Below, piece by piece: positions 42,036-52,162 of a DNA stretch of 64,000 nt. Position 1 is the first letter of the stretch; each line of letters opens with the position of its first letter. The notes beneath the pieces are model-generated. The model was not told the DNA's origin and did no database searches. It worked only from the letters and a program-made list of their open reading frames with translations. A program made the position numbers and the translations under genes. The DNA lies in the NCBI GenBank assembly GCA_963662465.1, contig OY759599.1:2432001-2496000 (forward strand), given 5' to 3'. This stretch comes from Desulfatiglandales bacterium. Lineage in GTDB: Bacteria > Desulfobacterota > DSM-4660 > Desulfatiglandales > Desulfatiglandaceae.

Positions 42036-43951
42036 AGATGGGAACCAAAATCGGCGCACTTTCGGGCGTCCTGATATTGTTGAGCGGACTGATTGCTTTT
42101 GTGGGCTACAATAGCCTATCAGGGGTGGCGAACCGGGTTTATAAAGCCGAGGATGTCAACCGCATCATTAAATCCATGCTGGCGGCACGTCAACAGGAAA
42201 AGAATTTCATGCTCCGTGGAGACAAACAATATATTGACGCGGTTCAAAAGAAAATTATCGAAGTCCAAAACCAGGCGAATATCACTCGGGATAAGTTCAA
42301 GGATCCCAAAAACAAAGGTCAAATGGGTGAGGTTCTAGCCAATGCGGCGGACTACCAGAAAGCATTTGCCCTTTATGTGGATCTCCACACCAAAATGCAG
42401 GCGGCGGATGGCACGATGGTCAAGACGGCCAGGGCGGCTGAAAAAATTGCCGCTGAAATTCAGCGGGAACAAAAGGAGCAATACCGGGAACTCCGTGACG
42501 GCAATGCTTCCAATGAGCAGCTCGACGACAAACTAACCAAGGCCGGGGAAGCCGACACCATTATCAAATGGATACTTCAATGTCGGCGGCAGGAAAAGAA
42601 CTTCTTATTGCGGGGCGACAAAAAATATGCGGACCGTGTCGCCGGGCATGTAAAAGATATCCTCGATCTAACCCGAGATTTGAAGTCCCGGTTTGCGCAA
42701 GACCGCAACAAGGAACAGGCCGATCACATCATTGCCGCTGTCCTGGCCTATCAGTCGGCCTTTGATAATGTGGTGGCATTTCGAGAAAAGCAATTGCAGG
42801 CCGATGCACAAATGGTGACCATCGCCCGTGCCGGCCAGAAAACCTGCGATACAGCCAGAGCCGATCAAAAGGCAAAAATGGAGAAACAAATATCTTCGGC
42901 CGATCACACCATGACCCTTATGGCCCTGGCGGCCATTGTGTTTGGCATACTCCTTTCATTTTTCATTATCCGGGGCATCACCAAAGTTCTCAACCACGCC
43001 ATTGACGGCCTGAACGAAGGCGCGGCGGAGGTGGCCTCCGCATCGGAACAGGTAGCCCAGTCAAGCCAATCTCTGGCGGAAGGCTCATGCCAGCAGGCTG
43101 CGGGCATCGAGGAAACATCGTCCTCATTGGAAGAGGTCTCCTCCATGACCAAACTGAATGCCGACAATGCCAGACAGGCCAACAGCCTCATGCAAGCCAC
43201 AACCGATGAAACGGGGAAGGCCAATGCCTCCATGGTGGAACTGACAAAATCCATGGCGGAAATTTCAAAGGCCAGCGAAGAAACCTCCAAAATCATTAAA
43301 ACCATTGACGAGATCGCCTTTCAAACGAACCTGCTGGCCCTGAATGCAGCGGTTGAGGCGGCAAGGGCCGGAGAAGCGGGAGCAGGCTTTGCCGTCGTGG
43401 CCGACGAGGTTCGAAATCTTGCCCTGCGGGCCGCCGAGGCCGCCAGAAACACAAGCGAGATGATCGAAGACACGGTCAAAAAGGTCATGGACGGCTCCGG
43501 GTTGGTCACCAGAACCCACGAAGCATTTACCCAGGTGGCAGGAAGCGCAAAAAAAGTGGCTGAATTAGTGGGCGAAATTACCGTAGCCTCCAATGAACAG
43601 GCCCAGGGGATTGAACAGGTCAACGTGGCGGTCAGCGAGATGGACAAGGTGGTTCAACACAATGCCGCCAGTTCCGAGGAATTCGCCAGCGCTTCCGAGG
43701 AGCTTAACGGCCAGGCCAGACAAATGAAAGGGATGGTCGGGGAATTAGCAGCCCTGGTGGGGGGAAGAAACGGCAAAGGCGCCGCCCATGCACAACGCTC
43801 AGAGACTGGAGAAAGTCTTATATCTCACAAATCTCTCGGCATGCCCAAAAGAAAATCAGCAGGTGGGGGCAACGGAAAACAAATCGCCATTCAAACCGCC
43901 AGGCCCCAGCGGGTGATGCCGTTAGAAGAGGATGCCTTTCAGGATTTCTGA
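42020..43951 (+). CDS. Methyl-accepting chemotaxis protein with a duplicated helical (HBM-like) sensor domain
   Basis: [15 protein letters not shown] / [15 protein letters not shown] repeat; MCP tip; C-terminus AFQDF. Confidence 0.96.
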   Translation: MWKNMKMGTKIGALSGVLILLSGLIAFVGYNSLSGVANRVYKAEDVNRIIKSMLAARQQEKNFMLRGDKQYIDAVQKKIIEVQNQANITRDKFKDPKNKGQMGEVLANAADYQKAFALYVDLHTKMQAADGTMVKTARAAEKIAAEIQREQKEQYRELRDGNASNEQLDDKLTKAGEADTIIKWILQCRRQEKNFLLRGDKKYADRVAGHVKDILDLTRDLKSRFAQDRNKEQADHIIAAVLAYQSAFDNVVAFREKQLQADAQMVTIARAGQKTCDTARADQKAKMEKQISSADHTMTLMALAAIVFGILLSFFIIRGITKVLNHAIDGLNEGAAEVASASEQVAQSSQSLAEGSCQQAAGIEETSSSLEEVSSMTKLNADNARQANSLMQATTDETGKANASMVELTKSMAEISKASEETSKIIKTIDEIAFQTNLLALNAAVEAARAGEAGAGFAVVADEVRNLALRAAEAARNTSEMIEDTVKKVMDGSGLVTRTHEAFTQVAGSAKKVAELVGEITVASNEQAQGIEQVNVAVSEMDKVVQHNAASSEEFASASEELNGQARQMKGMVGELAALVGGRNGKGAAHAQRSETGESLISHKSLGMPKRKSAGGGNGKQIAIQTARPQRVMPLEEDAFQDF

Positions 43952-43998
43952 TTTTTCCAGGATACACCCGGTATATTTTAATGGCAAAGAGGAAGAAT

Positions 43999-46701
43999 AT
44001 GAAACGTCCGTCCCCATGGCTCCATATCCTTATTGCGGCAAGCACCTTGATGGTCATCGCCGCGGCTTTCCTCCTCAGCGCCAGAACCCAACGCGCACTA
44101 CGGGACATGGCGGCAGAAGAGTTTAACCAACAACAGTTGATATTGGCCCACTCGGCCGCCAACAGCATCGAAATATATTTCAAGGCATTAATTGCTGATC
44201 TATCCGCCCTGGCAAACATGCCTGAAGTTTATGGACTAACGCCCGAGCATCAGAAAATTTTGGAACAGACATATTGGGGGTTCCCACGAAAAACCTCCAT
44301 AAGACTGCTAGACCATAAGGGCATTCTGCGGTATATTTATCCCCGTGGGGGGTGGCGAAAAGACCTGACAGGCAAGGACTACAGCCGAGAGGCATATTTT
44401 CAGCAGGCAATGGAAACGGGACGCATCACCCTTTCGCCGCTGATTTACAACGAGCAGGGGGAAGCACGCATCAGAATTGCAGTTCCCATCTCCCTTCCAG
44501 ACGGTACGGACCCTCTGGAGGAAAAAGATGGCCGAGATATTGCCGTCACGTCAACTGATCCGGCAAATCAAAAGGGCGTCAGGGTTAGGGGGGTTCTGGT
44601 GGGTTCAATAAATTCGGCAATCATTTCCCGCGATTTCATCTCCCCCATTGTTTCGGGAAAAACCGGTTATGCATGGTTGTTGGATTCGGAGGGAACCTTC
44701 CTTTCACATCATTTAAATGAGTTTGTGGGCCGGAACGCCTTTCGGATACGGCATGCCAGAAATCCCTTCTTTTCCTATGACGCCATTAACAACATCCAAC
44801 ATTTGATGATGGTCGGAGCGGAAGGAAAAGACCGCTATATTTCCGGCTGGCATCGGACGCGGGATGGCGAGGTTGAAAAACTCGTGGCCTACTCGCCCAT
44901 CCAGATCCTGAACAGCATCTGGTCGGTGGCGGTGTGCGCCCCCGTAAACGAGGTTGAAGGCATCGTCAACAGGGCCCGGCGCTCCGAACAACAATCATTG
45001 GCCCTGGTAACCGCCGTACTCCTGCTATCCGGGGCTTTTTTCTTCATAACCCGCTATCGCTGGTCCCGGTCTCTGGAGCGGGAGGTGGAAAGGCAGACAA
45101 GAGACCTTAAAGCCAATGAAAAGAGAATGCGGGCCATTCTCAATGCTTCTCCAATGGGGGTCAGTCTACTCATAAACCGTAAAATGATCTGGTTCAACAA
45201 AGCCATGCACGATATGCTCGGTTATGACGACGCCTTTCTGGGTGAAGATCTCATGGCCCTCTATCCAAACCAGGCGGAATACGAACGGGTGGGCCATGCG
45301 CTTTACGCCAATGTCGACGGGTCAGGAACCGGCAACATGGAAACAAAATTGGTCCGTAAAGACGGTACTTTTCTGGATTGCTACCTTCAGACCTGCGCCG
45401 TTGAGCCTTCGGACCCATCCCAGGGATATATCGTGGCCATCGTGGATATCAGCGAACAAAAAAAGCATGACCGGCAAAAAAAAGAACTGGAAAACAGGCT
45501 CCGTCAGGCGGAAAAAATGGAAAGCATCGGAAGCTTAGCGGGAGGGATTGCCCATGATTTCAACAATATCCTTTTCCCCATTGTCGGCTATACGGAAATT
45601 TTGCTGCACAAGGCCCCCGAAGGGAGCGATTCCCATGATCTGCTGGATCGGATTCTCAAAGCTGCGGATCGTGCAAAAGATCTGGTGCGCCAAATCCTGA
45701 CCTTCAGTCGCCAGGGCGACACGGGATTAAAGCCGATTCGGCTTCAACCCACGGTAAAGGAGGCCCTTAAACTGCTAAGGGCATCGATTCCCGCCACCAT
45801 AGAGATTCGTCAGCGGATCGAAAATGGGAATGCCGTGGCCATGGGAAACCCGACCCAGGTCCATCAGATCGTCATGAATCTGTGTACCAACGCCTATCAT
45901 GCCATGGAAGATCAGGAAGGGGGAAAACTTGAGGTCAGTCTGACGGAAGTTGAGCTGAACAATGGCGTTTGCGATCTGATGAATATGAGACCGGGGCTCT
46001 ATTTGGAACTGAAAATTTCCGATACCGGGCCGGGGATGGCGCCTGAAATCCTGAACCGAATTTTTGAACCCTATTTTACCACCAAGGAAATTGGCAAGGG
46101 AACCGGTATGGGATTGGCCGTGGTGTACGGTATTGTTCAGGATTTCAATGGGGATATACGGGTGAACAGTGAACAGGGAAAGGGAAGCGCCTTCCACATT
46201 TATCTGCCCGCCGTTCATACCAGCAAAAATGGCGGGGAAGAATCCGGTCCGGATCATTTTTCAGGAGGAAAAGAGCGGGTCATGCTGGTGGATGACGATG
46301 TAGATGCCATTTCCGTCCAGGAAGAAATGCTGAAGCAACTGGGCTACACGGTCATTCGCCAGACCAGCAGCCTGGCGGCCCTGGAGATGTTTCGCCGGGA
46401 CCCCAAGGCGGTGGATTTCGTCATCACCGATTTGACCATGCCAAATTTGACGGGTGACAAACTGTCGCGGGAACTCGCCGATATTCGGGCGGATATCCCC
46501 ATTATCCTCTGCACCGGAAGTAATGAAAAGATGTCCGAAGAAAAAGCAAAGCGTCTGGGGATCAAGGGTTTCTTTCGAAAACCGGTCAAAACGGGCGTTC
46601 TTGCCAGGATAGTGCGGAAAGCATTGGACAATTCAGAAAAACCGGGGGATCACCCCTTCATTCTTGATAATCATTTGAAAGGAAAACCGGGAAAAAAATG
46701 A
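43999..46701 (+). CDS. Hybrid sensor kinase dCache-PAS-HisKA-HATPase-REC, paralog 1
   Basis: TM, Cache motifs (REAYF, SGKTGYAWLLD, WSVAV), [21 protein letters not shown] and REC. Start 43999 chosen by alignment to paralog 2. Confidence 0.95.
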   Translation: MKRPSPWLHILIAASTLMVIAAAFLLSARTQRALRDMAAEEFNQQQLILAHSAANSIEIYFKALIADLSALANMPEVYGLTPEHQKILEQTYWGFPRKTSIRLLDHKGILRYIYPRGGWRKDLTGKDYSREAYFQQAMETGRITLSPLIYNEQGEARIRIAVPISLPDGTDPLEEKDGRDIAVTSTDPANQKGVRVRGVLVGSINSAIISRDFISPIVSGKTGYAWLLDSEGTFLSHHLNEFVGRNAFRIRHARNPFFSYDAINNIQHLMMVGAEGKDRYISGWHRTRDGEVEKLVAYSPIQILNSIWSVAVCAPVNEVEGIVNRARRSEQQSLALVTAVLLLSGAFFFITRYRWSRSLEREVERQTRDLKANEKRMRAILNASPMGVSLLINRKMIWFNKAMHDMLGYDDAFLGEDLMALYPNQAEYERVGHALYANVDGSGTGNMETKLVRKDGTFLDCYLQTCAVEPSDPSQGYIVAIVDISEQKKHDRQKKELENRLRQAEKMESIGSLAGGIAHDFNNILFPIVGYTEILLHKAPEGSDSHDLLDRILKAADRAKDLVRQILTFSRQGDTGLKPIRLQPTVKEALKLLRASIPATIEIRQRIENGNAVAMGNPTQVHQIVMNLCTNAYHAMEDQEGGKLEVSLTEVELNNGVCDLMNMRPGLYLELKISDTGPGMAPEILNRIFEPYFTTKEIGKGTGMGLAVVYGIVQDFNGDIRVNSEQGKGSAFHIYLPAVHTSKNGGEESGPDHFSGGKERVMLVDDDVDAISVQEEMLKQLGYTVIRQTSSLAALEMFRRDPKAVDFVITDLTMPNLTGDKLSRELADIRADIPIILCTGSNEKMSEEKAKRLGIKGFFRKPVKTGVLARIVRKALDNSEKPGDHPFILDNHLKGKPGKK

Positions 46702-49319
46702 GACGTCCGTCCCCATGGCTGCATACCCTGATTGCGGCCGGCACATTGATGGTCATCGCCGCGGCTTTCATCCTCAGCGCCGGAACCCAGCGAGAATTAA
46801 AAAAGATGGCGGTAGCAGAGTTTAACCGACAGCAGTTGATACTGGCCCGTTCGGCCGTCAACAGCATCGAAATCTATTTCAAAGCATTGATCGGTGAACT
46901 CTCCGCCCTGGCAGCCATGCCTGAAGTCCGTCGGATAACCTCCGAAAGCCGGAAACTCCTGGAACACGCCTATTGGGGTTTCCCACAAAGAACCTCCATC
47001 AGACTGCTGGATCATAAGGGCGTTTTGAGCTTCATCTATCCTTCCACGGGATGGCGAAAAGGACTGATCGGGAAGGCATATGGCGGAAACGAATATTTCC
47101 GGAAGGCAATGGAGACGGGCCGCGTCGCCCTCTCCCCGCTCGTTTACAACGAACGGGGTGAAGCGCGGATCAGGATTGCGGTTCCGATCTTTCCACCCGA
47201 CCGGGCGGATGCCGCGGATGGGAAAGATCATAATGCTCCGACGACCAAACCAGCCAATCCGGCAGTCGTCCTGGTGGGCTCACTGGATCCGGAAATCATT
47301 GCCGACAACCTGATATCCCCCATCCGATCAGGGACAACCGGCTATGCCTGGGCCCTGGATTCAGAGGGCGTCTTCCTTCATCATTATTTAAATGAGTTCG
47401 TAGGCCGGAACGCCTTTCAGATACGGCGTACCCGAAATTCCTCTTTTTCCTATGAAGCCATTGAGAACATCCAGCATCTGATGATGGCCGGAGCGGAAGG
47501 GAAAGGCCGCTACATTTCCGGCTGGCACCGGGATCAAGCAGGCCAGGTCGAAAAACTCGTGGCCTACGCACCCGTCCGGATCCTTGACAAAACCTGGTCC
47601 GTGGCGGTGTGCGCGCCCATGAGCGAGGTTGAAGAAATCGCCAACAAAGCCCAGCGCTCGGAACGACATTCATTAATTCTGGTAACCCTGGTACTCACCC
47701 TATGCGGCGCTTTCTTCTTCATCACCAGTTATCGCTGGTCTCGATCCCTGGAGCTGGAGGTCGAAAAGCAGACAAAGGATCTTGAGGCCAATGAGAAGAA
47801 AATGAGGGCCATTGTCAATGCTTCTCCCGTAGGGATAAGCCTGTTCATAAACCGTAAAGCCATCTGGTTCAACAAGGCAATGCACAGCATGATCGGCTAT
47901 GAGGAGACCGCTTTTTTGGGCAAGGACGTTAAGGCGCTCTATCCAAACCCGGAGGAATACGAACGGGTGGGCCGTGAGCTTTACGCCAACGTCGGCAAGT
48001 CAGAGACCAGCAGCATGGAAACAAGAATGATCCGAAAGAATGGTTCTTTTTTGGATTGTTACCTCCAGGCCTGTGCCGTTGATCCTTCCGACCCGTCCCA
48101 GGGATATATGGTGGTGGTGATGGATATCGGCGAGCAAAAAAAACATGCTCGGCAAAAAAAGGAATTGGAAGACCGACTCCGTCAGGCCGAGAAGATGGAA
48201 AGCCTCGGATCTTTGGCAGGAGGAATTGCCCATGATTTCAACAATATCCTTTTTCCCATCGTCGGCTACACCGAGGTATTGCTTCAAGAGACCCCAGAGG
48301 GGGACGATGCGCAGGACCTGCTTGAGAGAATCCTGAAGGCCACGGATCGTGCAACAGACTTGGTCAAACAGATCCTAACCTTTAGTCGCCGGGGCGAAAC
48401 AGGATTAAAACCCATTCGAATCCAACCGGTGGTAAAAGAAGCGCTTAAACTGGTCAGGGCATCAATTCCCACCACCATTGAGATCCATCAACACATTGAG
48501 AATGAGGGCGGCATCATTATGGGAAACCCAACCCGAATCCACCAAATCGTCATGAATCTATGCACCAATGCCTATCATGCCATGGAGGAGAAAGGCGGCA
48601 AACTTGAGGTAACGCTAACGGAAATTGATTCAAAGGATAACGCTCACGGTCTTATGGGGATGAAACCAGGACCATATTTAGCCCTGACCGTCTCCGATAC
48701 GGGAGACGGCATGCCACCTGAAGTCCTGAAGCGGATTTTTGAACCCTACTATACCACCAAGGAAATGGGCAAGGGAACCGGTATGGGGTTGGCCGTGGTG
48801 CATGGCATTGTCAAGGAGTTTGGCGGAGACATAAAGGTTGACAGCGAACTCGGAAAAGGGAGCGCCTTTAAGGTTTATCTGCCCGTTATCCATGCCCGGG
48901 AGAAGGCATCCGAGGCGCCCCGCCGGGACGACTTTTCCGGAGGCAATGAGCGAATACTGCTGGTCGATGATGATGAAGACGCTGTTTTTGTTCAGAAAGA
49001 GATGCTGAAACAGCTTGGATACACCGTCACCCACCGCACGGACAGCCTGGCGGCCCTGACGCTGTTTCAAGCCTATCCCAACGATTTTGACCTCGTCATC
49101 ACGGACCTGACCATGCCGCATATGACGGGAGACAACCTCGCACGGGAACTCGTAAATATCCGACCGAGCATCCCCATCATTCTTTGCACCGGAAGCAACA
49201 AAAAAATATCCGAAGAAGACACGGGCCTTCCTGGAATCAGGAATTTCTTTAGAAAGCCTATTAAAATGAGGGCCCTTGCCAAGGTCGTCCGACAGGCACT
49301 GGCCCCCATTCAACCCTAA
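46698..49319 (+). CDS. Hybrid sensor kinase dCache-PAS-HisKA-HATPase-REC, paralog 2
   Basis: Collinear with and highly similar to 43999-46701; ATGA overlap. Confidence 0.95.
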   Translation: MRRPSPWLHTLIAAGTLMVIAAAFILSAGTQRELKKMAVAEFNRQQLILARSAVNSIEIYFKALIGELSALAAMPEVRRITSESRKLLEHAYWGFPQRTSIRLLDHKGVLSFIYPSTGWRKGLIGKAYGGNEYFRKAMETGRVALSPLVYNERGEARIRIAVPIFPPDRADAADGKDHNAPTTKPANPAVVLVGSLDPEIIADNLISPIRSGTTGYAWALDSEGVFLHHYLNEFVGRNAFQIRRTRNSSFSYEAIENIQHLMMAGAEGKGRYISGWHRDQAGQVEKLVAYAPVRILDKTWSVAVCAPMSEVEEIANKAQRSERHSLILVTLVLTLCGAFFFITSYRWSRSLELEVEKQTKDLEANEKKMRAIVNASPVGISLFINRKAIWFNKAMHSMIGYEETAFLGKDVKALYPNPEEYERVGRELYANVGKSETSSMETRMIRKNGSFLDCYLQACAVDPSDPSQGYMVVVMDIGEQKKHARQKKELEDRLRQAEKMESLGSLAGGIAHDFNNILFPIVGYTEVLLQETPEGDDAQDLLERILKATDRATDLVKQILTFSRRGETGLKPIRIQPVVKEALKLVRASIPTTIEIHQHIENEGGIIMGNPTRIHQIVMNLCTNAYHAMEEKGGKLEVTLTEIDSKDNAHGLMGMKPGPYLALTVSDTGDGMPPEVLKRIFEPYYTTKEMGKGTGMGLAVVHGIVKEFGGDIKVDSELGKGSAFKVYLPVIHAREKASEAPRRDDFSGGNERILLVDDDEDAVFVQKEMLKQLGYTVTHRTDSLAALTLFQAYPNDFDLVITDLTMPHMTGDNLARELVNIRPSIPIILCTGSNKKISEEDTGLPGIRNFFRKPIKMRALAKVVRQALAPIQP

Positions 49320-49341
49320 CGGGGAATCATCAAACCCCCTC

Positions 49342-51267
49342 CTAAAACTTACCCCATTCGTCGTCGTCAAATGGAATAACCTGTTCAGGATCCAATTCAT
49401 TCCGGGAGCTTCCGGCATTGCCTTTAGCGGCGGTCTTGCTGAACGCTCGTTTGGGCGCCGGTAGTGCGCCGGTAGGACGCCGTCTTGCCGTTGTCGCATT
49501 TTTCGCCGTTGTCCGTCTGACAACAGGACGTGGTCCTACCTTTTCCTTTTCATCGGCGGAGCCACCGGTTATGGCCATCAATTCCCTTACGATGTTCTCA
49601 AGTTCTGCGGACTGTGCACTCATTTCTTCGGCAGCGGCGGCGGTTTCTTCGCCATTGGCGGCATTTTGCTGAACGACCTTGTCCATTTCGTTAACGGCTT
49701 TGTTGATCTGCTCGATCCCTTCGGCCTGCTCCTTAGTCGCGGCGCCGATTTCATCCACCAGTTCACCAATCTTCATGGCGATATCCGTATTCGCCGCAAA
49801 CCCCTCCTGTGTTTTCTGGGTCAGCTCATTGCCGTTCTTCACCGCCAGAATGGTGCCTTCAATCAGTTCCGAGGTATTCCTGGCCGCTTCCGCGGCCCGC
49901 ATGGCAAGATTTCTCACCTCATCGGCCACCACCGCGAACCCTGCCCCCGCCTCCCCGGCGCGAGCCGCTTCAACCGCCGCATTCAACGCCAGTAAATTGG
50001 TCTGAAAGGCGATTTCATCTATGGTTTTGATGATCTTGCCGGTTTCTTCGCTGGAGTGGGTAATCTTCGCGATGGCGTTAATCATGTCTTCAAGACTCTT
50101 ATTGGCATTTCCCACAATGACCCCGGCCTCTTTCATCATTTGCATGGCCTTGTTGGCATTGTCCGAATTCTGCCGGGTCATGGAGGACATTTCCTCCAGG
50201 GAAGAAGAGGTTTCCTCAATAGATGCCGCCTGCTCGGAAGACCCTTCGGCAAGAGACTGGCTGGCCGATGACACTTCCAGAGAACCGGAGGCCACCTGAT
50301 CACCAGCGTCCTTAAGATTTTTGATGGCCCGCTTAAGGGTTTTGAATACAGTTCCCGTGGTAAACCAGGTCATCAGCCCCACGAGCAGCACCGCCGCCAG
50401 TCCCAGAATGAAAGCGAACATCTTCATGTGGCTGATGGTTGAAAGCATTTCCGAGTCTTCAATGGCAGCGGCCATCACCCACCCCTTTTTGTCATAGGTG
50501 GCGATTTGGCCCGTTTTATCCTTACCTTCCCAGAGGTAATGGATAACGCCGGTTTTCTGTTGCAGCATTTTCCGACCAAAGTCAAAATCATTCATGTTGG
50601 TCTTCAAGATATGCTTTTTGTTTTGATGGGCGAGTACAACGCCTTTGCTATCCATAATGAAGATGTAACCCGTTTCTCCAATCTTGCTCCGGCTCAAGAA
50701 TTGATCTGAAAAATTAATGAGGTCCACTGGGCTGCCCATAATGCCCGCCAGCTTGTCCCCCACATAAATAGGCGCTGTAATCAGGGCGACAGGCCTTCCG
50801 CTGGCTGGAGATTTCATCACGTCGCCAACCCACACATTGCCCGCTTCGGCCTTTTGGACGTTAATGGCGTACCCGGGAATCTTGGCAATTTCAACGCCGA
50901 CCGATTTTCCCCCAACAGAATCCATGAAAATCTTCCCGTTTTTGTCAGCCAGAAATATGTTTTCGTTAAAGGGTGACTGCTTTTGATAGATATTCAGTCT
51001 GTTTTGCGCTTCATCCAACCGTTTGCCTTCGCAGGCAGCCCTGAAGACGCCGTTTTCACTGAAAAGGAGAACATCTCTTTCTCGATCGCCAATCCACATG
51101 CTGAGCTCATCAAGGCTTTTGGAAACAATTTGTTCCATCAAAATTCCCTGCTGCGTCAAAATCGCTTGCGAGGCAGTGTGATAGAAAAAAAAGGTCAGTG
51201 CCCCGATGGCAATGATCGAAACAGGAATGATTTGTAAAAGCAGTTTATTGCGAAAATTCATCTTCAT
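49342..51267 (-). CDS. Methyl-accepting chemotaxis protein with a dCache sensor
   Basis: KSPASGRPV..TAPI and KIGETGYIFIMD; MCP tip; C-terminus EWGKF. Confidence 0.96.
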   Translation of the reverse strand: MKMNFRNKLLLQIIPVSIIAIGALTFFFYHTASQAILTQQGILMEQIVSKSLDELSMWIGDRERDVLLFSENGVFRAACEGKRLDEAQNRLNIYQKQSPFNENIFLADKNGKIFMDSVGGKSVGVEIAKIPGYAINVQKAEAGNVWVGDVMKSPASGRPVALITAPIYVGDKLAGIMGSPVDLINFSDQFLSRSKIGETGYIFIMDSKGVVLAHQNKKHILKTNMNDFDFGRKMLQQKTGVIHYLWEGKDKTGQIATYDKKGWVMAAAIEDSEMLSTISHMKMFAFILGLAAVLLVGLMTWFTTGTVFKTLKRAIKNLKDAGDQVASGSLEVSSASQSLAEGSSEQAASIEETSSSLEEMSSMTRQNSDNANKAMQMMKEAGVIVGNANKSLEDMINAIAKITHSSEETGKIIKTIDEIAFQTNLLALNAAVEAARAGEAGAGFAVVADEVRNLAMRAAEAARNTSELIEGTILAVKNGNELTQKTQEGFAANTDIAMKIGELVDEIGAATKEQAEGIEQINKAVNEMDKVVQQNAANGEETAAAAEEMSAQSAELENIVRELMAITGGSADEKEKVGPRPVVRRTTAKNATTARRRPTGALPAPKRAFSKTAAKGNAGSSRNELDPEQVIPFDDDEWGKF

Positions 51268-51329
51268 AATTCTCTCTCCTCGATATTGATTTTTTCCCTT
51301 TCGAATTCAAAAAACGCTAATAAAATCAA

Positions 51330-51345
51330 AGCAAATATCATACCA
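51330..51345 (-). promoter_or_regulatory. sigma-54 promoter of the dCache MCP
   Basis: Minus strand reads TGGTATGATATTTGCT, identical to 18338-18353. Confidence 0.75.
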
Positions 51346-51490
51346 ACACGCTTGAGAAGACATGCATCCATGGAGAGAAAACAACATCGTCAAAACGATT
51401 GAACCGTATTCAGGGGGGTATTAAGGCGTTTGCGGAAAAGTGTTTTATTGCGAGATAGAAGCCGTACTACTCCCTGTTGACGAGAAAAGT

Positions 51491-51504
51491 GTCATTTTTT
51501 TGAC
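51491..51504. promoter_or_regulatory. GTCA-N6-TGAC enhancer-like box between divergent sigma-54 promoters
   Basis: GTCATTTTTTTGAC. Confidence 0.5.
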
Positions 51505-51584
51505 TCCCGAAACCAGACTGGATCTGGTGGCCCTCAATAGTCAAACCGGTGGTTACGTTATTTTCATGTTAGAAAATAATAACC

Positions 51585-51612
51585 TAAAGACTTGACGATA
51601 CTCCGCCGATAA
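51585..51612 (+). promoter_or_regulatory. sigma-28 (FliA)-type promoter
   Basis: TAAA-16 nt-GCCGATAA. Confidence 0.6.
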
Positions 51613-51738
51613 CATCAAAGGATTGACTATTCATCTATCTCGTTATAAAAAGTGGTTTTCATTTTAGGGAATTATAAATTAAGTCTCTAGAGGATCAAAA
51701 CCATTACTCCTTTTAAATCATGCAAGCATAAGTTTATT

Positions 51739-51754
51739 TGGCATATATTTTGCT
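51739..51754 (+). promoter_or_regulatory. sigma-54 promoter with no intact cognate gene directly downstream
   Basis: TGGCATATATTTTGCT (GG-N10-GC). Confidence 0.6.
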
Positions 51755-51955
51755 GTTGACTCTTTGAGTTTATTTGAAAATAAAGCTGGGAATTGCCCTC
51801 TTTCCATCTGTTTGGCCAAGAAATAAAGTTTTTTTGGTTTTTCTCAAAAATGCTATTTCAGTTTTACCCTGCACGCCTGTATCCACCCGAGCATGTAATT
51901 CAAGGGGCGGAGCTGTAATCTACGAGAGGTCATTTGACTTCATTTCGAAAAATGA

Positions 51956-52074
51956 CAAGAAAATACCATGAGAAATACTCAGAAAACGACGTCTATCTGA
52001 TCGGAATTGAATTTAGCATCGAAGATCGGAATATCGTCAATTTTGAATGGGAGCGGATACTTCCTGAGGGGTAA
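51956..52074 (+). pseudogene. 3'-terminal fragment of an AAA-ATPase/PD-(D/E)XK gene; duplicate of 56693-56810
   Basis: RKYHEKYSENDVYLIGIEFSIEDRNIVNFEWERILPEG*; DNA near-identical to the end of CDS 56146-56823. Confidence 0.85.
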
Positions 52075-52162
52075 AAAAAGCTATGAATAAATATGCAGCG
52101 TTGAGAGATATTGCCAATTTAAGCAGCAAAAGCAACAACATCCTGCAGAGGAAGATGAAATC

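Noticed and set aside
51774..51971. 65-aa ORF as the target of the orphan promoters
   Set aside because: TTG start, no clear RBS and no recognisable features.
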